From: Azolla caroliniana
Lineage: Eukaryota; Plantae; Polypodiophyta
Assembly: GCA_043228905.1 (NCBI GenBank)
Contig: JBHGNT010000011.1
Location: forward strand, 14,012,001 to 14,076,000
Direction: 5' to 3'
DNA length: 64,000 nucleotides
The notes under the pieces are model-generated. The model searched no databases. It was not told where the DNA came from and was given only the letters and a program-made list of their open reading frames with translations. The position numbers were made by a program, and so were the translations under genes. Shown here piece by piece: positions 26,731-38,339 of this stretch; position 1 is the first letter of the stretch; every line of letters starts with the position of its first letter.

Positions 26731-27479
26731 GATTATAAATGGGGCTCAAGTCTAAAGATAGGGGAAGAAACTAAAAAGTTACAAAGATTGAAAGGGAGAT
26801 TTGCAATTGGGAAGAATTCAAGAGAGGACCACTTAAAGATATACATGTATGTGGATTTCTTAATACTACTGAGGAAAGTCTTTGAAGGAAGAAAAAAAGA
26901 AGATATGTGGATGTGGATGCCGATGTCTGTGTATGTGTATGTACATTTGTATGTCTATGTGTGTGTGTTTGTTTCCATTTAGGTTTTTAATTTGTGTAAA
27001 GGCAAAACGGTATTTGTATGCGTCGGATCTTTGGGAAAACGTCCCTTTTATTTTTAAGGTTGGCAGGGGATAAGGGATAGAAATAAGAAAATGGAAAACA
27101 AATAATAAGTGGACTAGGTAGGTAGGTAGGCTACTCTCAGTGAAGCCTAGGCTCGGTTGCTCAGGGGCCAGGGCTCTAGCTAACATGTAGCCACCATGGC
27201 AGCAGAAGTAGCTACTGCTCCAGTTTTAGCGTCGACCAGAGAAGTGGTCGTTCATCTTTGCCCCCAGAGAGTTAGTTTTCCATGATGGAATCCTAGTGGA
27301 AATCTCCATGACCCAACACCCCCCCGGTCTTTGGGTAATTCTTTTACCCAACCCATGATCTCTTTGTCGTACCTCATTCACACATATGATGCCTAGTTGG
27401 TTGGGCGCACGCCCGTTCATCAAATTCTCTACTCTATAACTCGGAATTGTGAATCGAATATTTCATCGTAATCCTTACA
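26689..27479. mobile_element. Possible LTR remnant
   Basis: TGTAGGA...TCCTTACA termini, (AG)n at 26699-26727 and TATAAAT. No matching TSD. Confidence 0.3.
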
Positions 27480-28442
27480 GGAGATCCTTATGGGAGAACA
27501 TTAGATTTTATGCACCTGCATGCATGTACGAAGTTGAAATCCGCCTCCCTCAAAATTAAGATGGTTTTATGTGTAGATATTTACATGGTGCTCGGATTTC
27601 CAAGCCTAAAATTCTATTGGAATTCTTATTCGATCCCGAATCGCAAGAAACAATTTTTTACAATTTCTTTTTGAATACATAAAATTCGATTCATTATACA
27701 TCACTTTTACGATTTCTATCTTGAAGATTATAGATCACTTTCCCCTCCTTGTTGTCCCTATCTAGGTTCAAACCCTTGTCCTTATTTTTCAACTTGACAT
27801 TAGATTTTAACAAGACCTATTTTCAATTGATGTTTTAATCCGCATCTATTTTGAACGAAAATTCCGCAGGGCATGTAACCTGATGACATACCCTTGGGAT
27901 GGACTGGTCGTGTAGCGGCCTGAAGAAAGACCGTCAGGAAAGTCTGGTTGGTCATGTAACCTGGTCGGGAATATCCCTTTTGTGGAATCTGTATCAAGAA
28001 ATGCGTTTGGCAAAATGCTCTGTGGATACTGTCGCGAGAGAGAACCAGTCGGGTGCCAAGGGAAGCTGTAATCTTGTAGGAAAAATTTCTGCGTGTGTTT
28101 GCGATGGCATAGCACGTTTTTGGAAACCCCCCTGCACGCACCAGGTTTGGGTAATTCAAACGTGAGTGATGTTAATCGCCGAATGAGATTCCTAAACTGA
28201 GGTTGCTAACGCCAATGAAGTGGCCTCAATCAGCGACAGTGAATTGAGTAGTCCAGGGTGAGTGCCAGAACGAATGCTTCCTGCGCAGGTTTATATCAAG
28301 CCTCATAGCTATGAACTTATTAATCCTATGCCAAATCCTGCCCTCATGTCCCTGATAATAACGTCAAAGATGTGACCTCTTTTGGTAAGTTATCAAGCTC
28401 ACATCTTATTGATGGCGTTCTTCATGACAATCATACAAGGTA

Positions 28443-29141
28443 GTTGTGTAGGATTGTACGATTTTATTGAGGTAATCGGTGCCATTTTGGTTGTGTAGGA
28501 TTGTACGATTTTATTGAGGTAATCAGGTGCCATTTTGGTTGTGTTTAATTAAAGTAGGATTTGTTAAGGGTAATTAAAGTGTTTGGATTTCTTTAATTCT
28601 GTTAAACATGTTAAATAGCAATGGCGTCTAATGTTACAACACATTTTATCAACCACTATTTATCATTGAGTGGCGTAATTTGATGGAAGGTATATAGTTC
28701 ACGAGAGTGGGGTGTACCCATCCATTCCTGTACTTGCATTAAGGTTCCAAAAAACAAGTTTAAATACTACCAATTAGTATTAGATAATACTTATAAATTG
28801 GGGTTTATTAAAGTGGATTGGGTGGATGGGTGTAAGTTTTGGTTGTGTTTAATTAAAGTAGGATTTATTAAGGGTAATTAAAGTGTTTGGATTTCTTTAA
28901 TTCTGTTAAACATCTTAAATAGCAATGGCGTCTAATGTTTACAACACATTTTATCAACCACTATTTATCATTGAGGGGCGTAATTTGATGGAAGGTATAA
29001 AGTTCACGAGAGTGGGGTGTACCCATCCATTCCCGTACTTGCATTAAGGTTCCAAAAAACAAGTTTAAATGCTACCAATTAGTATCAGATAATACTTATA
29101 AATTGGGATTTATTAAAGTGGATTGGGTGGATGGGTGTAAG
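28443..29141. repeat. Adjacent 47-bp and about 304-bp tandem duplications
   Basis: GTTGTGTAGGATTGTACG.. at 28443 and 28490. TTTTGGTTGTGTTTAATTAAAG...GGGTGTAAG at 28533-28836 and 28837-29141. Confidence 0.92.
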
Positions 29142-29521
29142 GCGCATTACTTCAAAGGAGATTGACATATTGTAAATGAAGCAAGAGTGATTGCAAAGCT
29201 TCTAGATACCTAATGTGGAAGGAACCGTACTGAGCAACATATAGCAGTACAGACAAGTTTTGTACAATTCAATAGCAAAAGTAAGGCATGTGATAGAATT
29301 GATACAAGGGTTCTTCATACGTTTTATTATTATGCCAATAAAAATGATACAAGCGAGGCTTACGTCTGCAGGAATTAAATTACATAAATACAGCGGTAAT
29401 AAACTTGGCTTCAAGTAGTTAATTTAGAGTAGTACAAATGTTTAGGGTGTGTAAACTTCCTTATAGATTGTTGATATGTACATCTTATCTTGCCTTGATG
29501 AATACTAGCATGTCGAGCAGC

Positions 29522-31840
29522 TTACGAAAAGGCAGCTGGGCTGAAGAGGCTGGTGACGGCCGAGGAGCGGAGGAGAGAGAGGGCATCAGGAGCAACGAGG
29601 CAACGTGGGGTTTTGTACTGCGTGATGGCGGCACCGCTCAACATGAAGCGGTCCACGAGACGCGAGAAGGTGCCGCGCCGCACGACACAGAGCTCCAGAG
29701 GCCCGATGGTCCCCATCTTCCTGGACGTCACATACCCTGCCTCCACCAACGACCCGTCCATCAATGCTGCACACTCTGCCAACACCTCCACTTGGGGCGT
29801 CGTCCTCCCCCTTTGAGCTCCCGCACTACTTTGCTTCGCGTGACCTTCACATGCATGCACCCCCCTCTTACTTGCCTTCGCACAACTTTGCACTTCAGTG
29901 GTGGTGGTGGTCGTCGCAACTTCCCCCGAGTCCCCTCCCACCTCCCAGAAGACCACATAGTGACCCGGTGTGGTGCTTCTATCGGCGTAGCTCGTGTAGT
30001 CCACCAGCTCCATGGAGCTCCCGCTCGCCTCCACCAAACGCTTTGCCGCAGTGTCCACCACAGCTTTTAGGTCTTTCTCCGTGATCTTGTCGATGTTGAG
30101 GCTGAGCATCACATTCTTTCGACAGACATATGCCACCTGGGGAGTGTTATTGTAGAATCCGGTGACGTGCACGATGTCACCCAGACGGTATCTGTAGAGC
30201 CCCCATGCTGTCGTCATGACAATCTCGTATTCTTGCCCAACTTTCACCTCTGTCAATCCGACCGGCACTCCTTCATCGTATGCTGCCAGGGCTGCGCCGC
30301 TGCCGCCGCCACCATTACATATTTCATTTATGTGAGTTGATTGCCTGTTCAATGGAATGAACTCGAAGAACGCAAGCGTGGGCAGAATTGTGAAGGACAC
30401 ATCGCTAGGCCTCGAAGTTGGGTCGATATTCACACCGATCCAACCCTCGGTGGCAGCGTAATCGGCAGAGATGAGTGGCAGGGTCCTGGCAGTGTAAAAC
30501 TCGAGTTTCTCGACGTACACCTCCATGGCACCTGTGAGGATGGACAGCACGTACTTGCAGCGAGGCCACAGGACGCGTACTACACCCTTCCAAGCGCCAC
30601 CTGACTTGAGAGCTCGTTTAGAGGTCAAGCCACGGCACTTTCGGGCAATCATGTCGGCGAGCTCAGGATTGGGTTTACAGAGAATGTGCTCGGCCATAGC
30701 CTCTCTCAGGACGGGGTCAGTGATGGCGGGGTTGAGCTCACCGGATCGAATGTCATCGCAGAGCTGGCGCCACTGGATCTCCAGTGTCCGGAAGGCTTCC
30801 ACAAGTGTGAAAGCGAAGGGGGCACTGAGGACTTGGACTTCCTGGGAGTGGAAGAGGCCGCAGAGGAGGTGGCAGTACATAGATTGCCGACAGTCGGCAC
30901 CGAGGATGACTTCTTCAGGGCTACACGATTTGACACCGCTCCTCTGCTGCCGCATTCGGAACGCATCACTGCGGATCATGTGAGTGGTGGCAGTTCCTGC
31001 CTTCAGACCACCTTTGGTGACCGAGAATTTCCCGCAGAATAGGAATTCTAGGATGCGGGAGCCAACGTCCACCGGATAAATCCTGCAGATCAACAGCAAA
31101 ACATGCACGTTAATAACTTACAATCATGAATTGCATTTGTGGCAGGAATGATTTGAGACAGCAATTATGATGAGCAGCCATGCCGTGTTTGTTTTTTTAG
31201 TATTGTGGTATGATTTATTCAACTCAACTAAGTATCAATTATGAGCTTACCCTTCTCGAAAGGCCGCAGCAATGCTGCCTATCTCCAGTGTCCCTTCCTT
31301 CAGGCCTTCATGATACAGAAGATACTTGGCCTTGGTATCTGTCGTCCCAGAGCTGAGACACAGACCTTGGACCGGGGCTGCAGTCAGGAGGCCTCGCGGC
31401 AAGCTATCGTTTCCATGCTCAGCAATCCGTTGAATGAATGGCATAATATCAGGGTGAGTAATCAGAGGAACAGTCTTCTTAAATTCATCGATGTAATTTG
31501 CATCCCTTCTAATCTTGTTGTTCCTTATCATGTCCTCAGTAAGAACGGCTGTGTCAGATTCGGTCTCCGCCGCCACCGATGATAATTGCTCTATGCCTTC
31601 GATTTTTTGCAGATATTCACAAGAAGTGTTCTCTTGAATGATTGAGTGTAGTAAATCGGATTGAATTTCCGCTGCATTCTTCGTGATATAGTCGAACCGA
31701 TCGAGGATGGGTTGGAATCGATTGATCCTCTGATCGGTGCTCGGTAATGAAGAATGATCGTTGGGCAGAGGAATTGAATCAGAATTAGAAGAGGAAGAGG
31801 AAGAGGAAGAAGAGATGATAGAGAACGGGCGACCAGGCAT
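29522..31840 (-). CDS. GH3: GH3 acyl-acid amido synthetase, group I (JAR1/GH3.10-like), copy B, 2 exons, about 716 aa
   Basis: Exons 31840-31251 and 31082-29522 (GT-AG intron at the same position and phase as copy A; 2151 nt). Same GH3 motifs (LSSGTT, ADYAATEGWIGVN, YRYRLGD, QYKTPRC). Confidence 0.95.
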
Positions 31841-32038
31841 GATGGGGAGATGAGGAGGAGGGCCTTGATTAGTAGTGACGAATGATTTAAGAGGAATTAA
31901 GGGGGGCTTAATAGGGTGATTAGAAGCGCAATCAGAAGGGGCAGTGGGGGGGACGGGGCTTAATCAGTGAGCAAATCACTGAGCTGCCTTGGATCTACTG
32001 CTGCTGCTACTTGACTTGCGCAGACTTATGGGGGAGCC

Positions 32039-32066
32039 TTTTATAGCGAGAGATTCCCGCGGAGAC
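32039..32066 (-). promoter_or_regulatory. GH3-B core promoter: GTCTCCGCGGGAAT + TATA box
   Basis: The minus strand reads GTCTCCGCGGGAATctctcgCTATAAAA, sharing the 14-mer and TATA spacing with copy A. Further TGTCTC sites lie at 32446 and 32466. Confidence 0.65.
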
Positions 32067-33946
32067 TTAGGCTAAATACCAAAACTAGTAACTTTTAAAA
32101 AAAAAAAGAAAAAAAAAGGGAAGAAAAGAAGAACCAGCAAAAAGACAAAGAGGGGAAGGGAAGCGAAGGAAAGGAAAAAAAAAACAGAGAAAAATGCGAT
32201 CCGACCACAAAAACAATGATTTTTTCTTTTTAAATCAATTTAATTAAATATGTAATGCGAATTAAATGTTTTCCCGTATTTTAAATATTTGTTATTTGTT
32301 ATTATTTTATTTTGTGTGGTGTGTTTTGGTGAAAAGTCTCCCGGCTGCACGGACATCCCTGGCCGTGTTTGTCAATCGTCAACGCTGTGTGAGCGGACGG
32401 ACGGTCCAGATTTAATCGAGCGAAGCGTGTGGTCGGCCTCTCTCCTGTCTCTATCCGTAATCAATTGTCTCATGGGCCAAATTCGGTTTTAGACGACGTT
32501 AGTATATCGTCATTTCTTTCTCTCTCTTCTCTTTTATTTTGGGGTGACCGCACGCACGCACGCACTAACGCACTCTCTCTCTCTTCTCTTTTTTCCGTGT
32601 GAACACACACTCTCCCCTTTATCTTATTTCATGAATTTCTGATTTTTTGATCCAATAAACAACAAAATTGAACCATCATTATCTACTCCCTTCTAACCAT
32701 ATGCCTACCATCCTAATGCAAAAGCGCCGCGCATGTCCAAATTATATCTAAAAATGTGGTAAAGTGTCTCCATCTATGATCCCAGGTTCAAGCTCTCTCT
32801 CTCTCTCGTGACTTTTTCGTTTTCTTTCTTGACAAACCACGAGATTATTGGTCTGTAAAGAAACGTACCCAAGTCGAGGGACATTCCCAAATGTCATCAA
32901 AAGCGCTAAAACAATCCCCACATGCTCTAATATCCGTTGTGGTCAGGTACCTGTTTATTTCAACTTTCTAATTAATATATATATATTTATGTATACACAT
33001 GCAAATTTGTGTGTCTTGATTGGATGCATGACATGAACAAATGGTTTGGAAGATGTGATGCAACATAGTTGATTCATGATGTAGCAATGCAATCCGTTGT
33101 GAATGAGGCGTTTTTGCAACACCAATATAACATGGCATAGGGAAATATTGAGGATCACACTTGGCACCATTATAATTCATATATTGCAACTTACTATAAA
33201 AAAACCATATTCTAAACCAAATGGAAACCACACACACTAAATTCTAATGCATGTTAGATCCCATGTGATTGCCCACCATCCGACCCATTACTTCCATAGA
33301 ACTTATTGCATACTCACTTCAAAATAAAGACCGGACATTGGATCACAAATGATAATACTAGTTGATTATGGCCATTTTTCCCCAACCAAGATCGTGAGTT
33401 TATGTATTACACTTTGATACAATTTTCTCTACATTTCACCATGTTCAACTATGTTTTCCACAAATCTTGGACCCAAGCCAACCTTTCTACGAATTTCTCT
33501 CACTATCACATTGCGCAGTCTCATTTGCGATGCGAATTAGTAAAGTCCTTGAAAATCAAGAGTCAATAGTCAATTTTACATGTAATATGTGAAAACGTTA
33601 TTGTTTTAGTCTCATCGTTCATATTTGACCTTCAGAAATGACAATTCAATCAATCAATCTCTCAAGTAGTTTAATGTCATCGCACACTCTCTCTCAGACT
33701 ACCCATCATCTTCATATAATCCACATAGATCTTATGTATGTGTGTGTGGTACAAACTTTTAAGCTTGTCTTGAAAGGCCGAATTTAATCATTGTTCAACA
33801 AGCATAACCGCAATTTTAGTGATTTTGGTGATGTCCATACACCATACTAACCTTGGTTAGAAGTAGATTTGTGAGGCTACAAAAGGCGCATGCTCTTGTA
33901 TTAGTATCCACAAACAAAACCTTGTATTAGCTCGTGGGACAAGAAG

Positions 33947-34264
33947 TTAGCGGGCAGTGAAATCAATTATAGCGCAACGCTTGATGAACCAATCGCAACC
34001 TAAGGTGAGGGGGAAGAGTTGGTGGGGCAAGACATAAAAGTGGTGTGAGAAATTGAGATTGCCTAAGGTAACGGTGCAACAAGCTTGTGTGCAAGAGTGG
34101 TATAGATGTTGGTGATCGCAAAAAAGGACTTGAATGGAGGGAGTGGTGGGTGTCGTGATACCTAACTGGTGAACTAAGGCAGTGCTAATGGAAGAGATAC
34201 TACTACTAGAGACTAACAAGATCGTGTGGGTCAAGTGATTGATGGTGGCGGGAGTGATGTACAC
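33947..34264 (-). mobile_element. Degenerate retroviral-type aspartic protease fragment (Gypsy relic)
   Basis: ILLVSSSSISSISTALVHQLG...FYVLP...LTLGCDWF...IIDF resembles LVDSGA.SFIS...ILG.DW. The catalytic Asp is lost. Confidence 0.5.
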
Positions 34265-36131
34265 CTACGAAGTGGAAGAGGCAGATGCTTGGACGTGGGG
34301 GGTTGGTACCCCACATCTCCACCAATATGTGAAATGCACATAAGAGATCAAAACTAGCATACTTAGCTTCTTACTTCTTGCTCTATTTATATTTGATACA
34401 AAGGTACTCATTTGGGTTTGCATTGCTACATGCGTGCCAAAAAGGGTGTGCTAAAAGGGTGGGACACAGGAACACATGCACACCACAATATTAATCATGG
34501 TACAAAAAAACATTACAAGAGAGATCACATTACAACCATACATCTATATTTACGTTATATCAAGTGATATTTTTGCACGTTTTGAAAGTTACCATCCCAC
34601 AATCAACTTTAAAGTTTGGAAGATTAACTGTTGGCCAATGATTGTTGTCAACCTAAACATTGGCACTCTACTTCTTTAAAGAATGTCAACAAGCTTGGCC
34701 TAACGGTATAGATAATTCTGGTATAACAAATACATTCTCAACTTTTAATGCATAAGAATATGCCCACAATGGTGGGGTTAGGGAAAACTTTGTCTTGCCA
34801 TCCGAATTGGTTGATTGAGATCATGTGCATGGAAAGGGTTGTCGAGTACATGCTAAGGTTTTTCTGTTTTAAAAACTCACATCGACTTCATAGAATGGCT
34901 TGTGAAGCAAGTTAAAATATTCAAACAACTCACCAAACCAAAAACTTGATGTTCAAAGGGACGCTAGATGTGAAGAAAGAGTTTGGAAGATGTGAATGCA
35001 TTACACATTTTCATAATGCATCAATGCATTCTTTTGTGACTGAGGCCAATTTTGTAGCACCAATGTAATGTGACTGGGAAAGATATGAATGGCCATGTTT
35101 TGCACATTATATTATATATCTAATGCACCAAAATGCAAACCCATCTTACATGCTAGAGCTTTAACATTCCTCTTCTTGCCATCTACACTACTATCGGCAC
35201 ACAATACAATTTAGTTCACATTCTCTTCGATATGAGATGGGTTGTTGGGCCACATATGAGGACACTTGTTCATTTTGCATATCTGGCCTTGAACAAGTTC
35301 GTTCATCTTTAACATTTGATACAACATTCTATATTCGAGCCTTCTTTTCACACATAGTTAATATAATTAAATTCAAACACGCATTTCTCCCACAATCACA
35401 GGGTTAAGAAATCAAAGCTTAGTTGTGTCAGTTCCTCAAATAAATTTTTATAATCCTAAGCCACCTAGATGAGCAAATACATAATGCATGAATCTTATCA
35501 AAGTATTGTCCTAAGAGGTGAACATATATGCACGTGAATGAAACCTTAGTTGGGAGAAGTTTAATAAGACTCCTACGAATAAATACAAGTCCTCTCGGAT
35601 CACAAGAGATGAGCTTAAGAGTCCTATGCATAAGTACAAGCCCTTAGTTGGATCACAAGGGATGTCACTTTGTGTAGTGATATGTTATGTCTTGTTGTGC
35701 TATAAGAGTGGATGTTACATATCCCCATGTTCATTAAAAAGGAAGAAAAGAGATTCCTACCACTCCAATGCAGAGTTTTTTGAGTTAATTCGTACAACCA
35801 CATCATATTAGTGATTAGGATTCCAGAAATATGGTGAGACCCATCAAATGAGAGGGTTTAATGAGAGCCCATATAGTACAAGCTAAACAAGAGAACATGG
35901 CAAAAACAAAAGGTAGATGGCATATAAAATCATTATCATGTCTTGGAGTTTGAGGGATGGATCATGGTGACACTACTTGAATTACCATTGATGAGATACA
36001 TTACATATGCATTCTTCGCCCCATTTGAATGATTTTGTTTCCAAGAATAGGAATAGAATAATACACTCACATAAGCTCAATTGTTTAAAACATTGATTAC
36101 AAAATTGTGAGAGGTGGCCATCCACCTATTA

Positions 36132-38339
36132 TCATTCATGTGCCAAGTTTAACATGTAAAGGGAAATAAGATCACCTTGTCTCATAGTCATGATCTTGGA
36201 ATTGAGGCTAGAGCTTGAATAAGACCACCTTGTCTCATAGTCATAAGACTAGATTGTAGAAATCACATTTGTACACTTTGCCCTAATTTAGATATTGAGG
36301 ATGAGGAACATCTCACAATATGATGTAAAGCTTTCACAAACATAAATAATGTTCAGACCTACCAATATTACTTCATACACCAACTGGACATAACCTTGGA
36401 CACAACAATCCCCACGTCGCAGGCACATTATACAATCACTACTTAAGCATGTGAATGACCTTAAGAAAACAAACGAGCCATGTGTAAATGCACCCTTTAT
36501 CAACATAGGAGACTCTCCTTGTCATATTTGGGTTCCATTGATCGTATATTTGACCTCATGAGAGCAATAAAATATTATATCATATCCACATATTCTCATT
36601 CATGTGCCAAGTTCAACATGTGAAGGGAAATAAGACTACCTCATCTCATAGTCATGATCTTGGAATTGTGGAGGTTGGAGCTTGAATAAGACTAGATTGT
36701 AGCAATCACATTTGTAAACTTTGCCCTAATTTAGATATTGAAGATGAGGAACATCTCATAGTATGATGTAAAGCTTTCACAACCATAAAAAATGTTTGGA
36801 CCTACTAATTATTACTTCATACACCAACTGGGCACAACCTTGGACACAACAATCCCCACTTACTTAAGCATGTGAAAGACCTTAAGAAAATAAATGAGCC
36901 ATGTGTAAATGCACCCTTTATCAACATAGGAGACTCTCCTTGTCATATTTGGGTCCCATGGGTCATGTATTTGACCTCATGCGAGCCATAAAATATTATA
37001 TCATATGCACATATTCTCATTCATGTGCCAAGTTCAACGTGTAAAGGAAAATAAGGCTGCCTCCTCTCATAGTCATGATCTTGGAATTGAGGAGGTTGGA
37101 GCTTGAATACGACTAGATTGTAGAAATCAAATTTGTACACTTTGTCGTAATTTAGATATTGACGATGAGGAACATCTCATAGTATGATGCAAAGCTTTCA
37201 CAACCATAAAAAATGTTCAGACCTACCAATTGTTACTTCATACACCAACTAGGCACAACCTTCGACACAACAATCCCCTCGTCGTAAGCACATTATATGA
37301 TCACTACTTAAGCATGTGAATGACCTTAAGAAAATAAATGAGCCATGTGTAAATGCACCTTTTATCAACATAGGAGACTCTCCTTGTCATATTTGGGTCC
37401 CATTGGTTGTGTATTTGACTTCTTGAGAGCGATAAAATATTATATCATATCCACATATTCTCATTCATGTGCCAAGTTCAACATGTAAAGGGAAATAAGA
37501 CTGCCTCATCTCATAGTCATGATCTTGGAATTGAGGATGTTGGAGCTTGAATAAGACTAGATTGTAGAAATCACATTTGTACACTTTGCCCTAATTTAGA
37601 TATTGAGGATGAGGAACATCTCACAATATGATGCCAAGCTTTCACAACCATAAAAAATGTTCGGACCTACCAATTATTGCTTCATACACCAACTGGGCGC
37701 AACCTGGGACACAACAATCCCCACGTCGTAGGCACAATATATGACCACTAATTAAGCATGTGAATGACCATAAGAAAATAAATTAGCCATGTGTAAATGC
37801 ACCCTTTATCAACACAAGAGACTCTCCTTGTCATATTCGGGTTCCATTGGTCGTGTATTTGACCTCATGAGAGCCATAAAATATAATATCATATGCACAT
37901 ATTCTCATTCATGTGCCAAGTTCAACATGTAAAGGGAAATAAGACGGCCTCATCTCATAGTCATGATCTTGGAATTGAGGAGTTTGGAGCTTGAATAAGA
38001 CTAGATTGTTGAAATCACATTCATATACTTTGCCGTAATTTAGATATTGAGGACGAGGAACATCTCACGGTATGATGCAAAGCTTTCACAACCATAAAAA
38101 ATGTTCGAACATACCAATTATTACTTCATACATCAACTAGGCACAACCTCTCATAGTTGGACACAACAATCCCCACGTCTTAGGCACACTATATGATCAC
38201 TACTTAAGCATGTGAATTACCCTAAGAAAATAAATGATCATAAATCCACCCTTTATCAACATAGGAGACTCTCCTTGTCATATTTGGGTCCCACTGGTCA
38301 TGTATTTGACCTCCTAAGAGCCATGAAATATTATCATAT
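36132..38339 (+). repeat. Five-copy tandem array of an about 444-bp unit derived from a LINE 3' end
   Basis: Unit starts (TCATTCATGTGCCAAG) at 36132, 36596, 37017, 37461 and 37905. The unit translates to SHDLGIE.VGA*IRL..RNHICTLCPNLDIEDEEHLTI*CQAF, the C-terminal CCHC motif of a non-LTR RT. Confidence 0.9.

Noticed and set aside
25542-27479. 9-bp inverted match TGTAAGGAT...ATCCTTACA suggesting a 1.9-kb LTR
   Set aside because: Flanks TTTAG and GGAGA do not form a TSD, and no PBS or PPT is adjacent.
22177-31042. Many antisense and alternative-frame ORFs over the GH3 genes, some shared by both copies
   Set aside because: These are the expected shadows of GC-rich coding sequence. Their similarity simply follows from paralogy.
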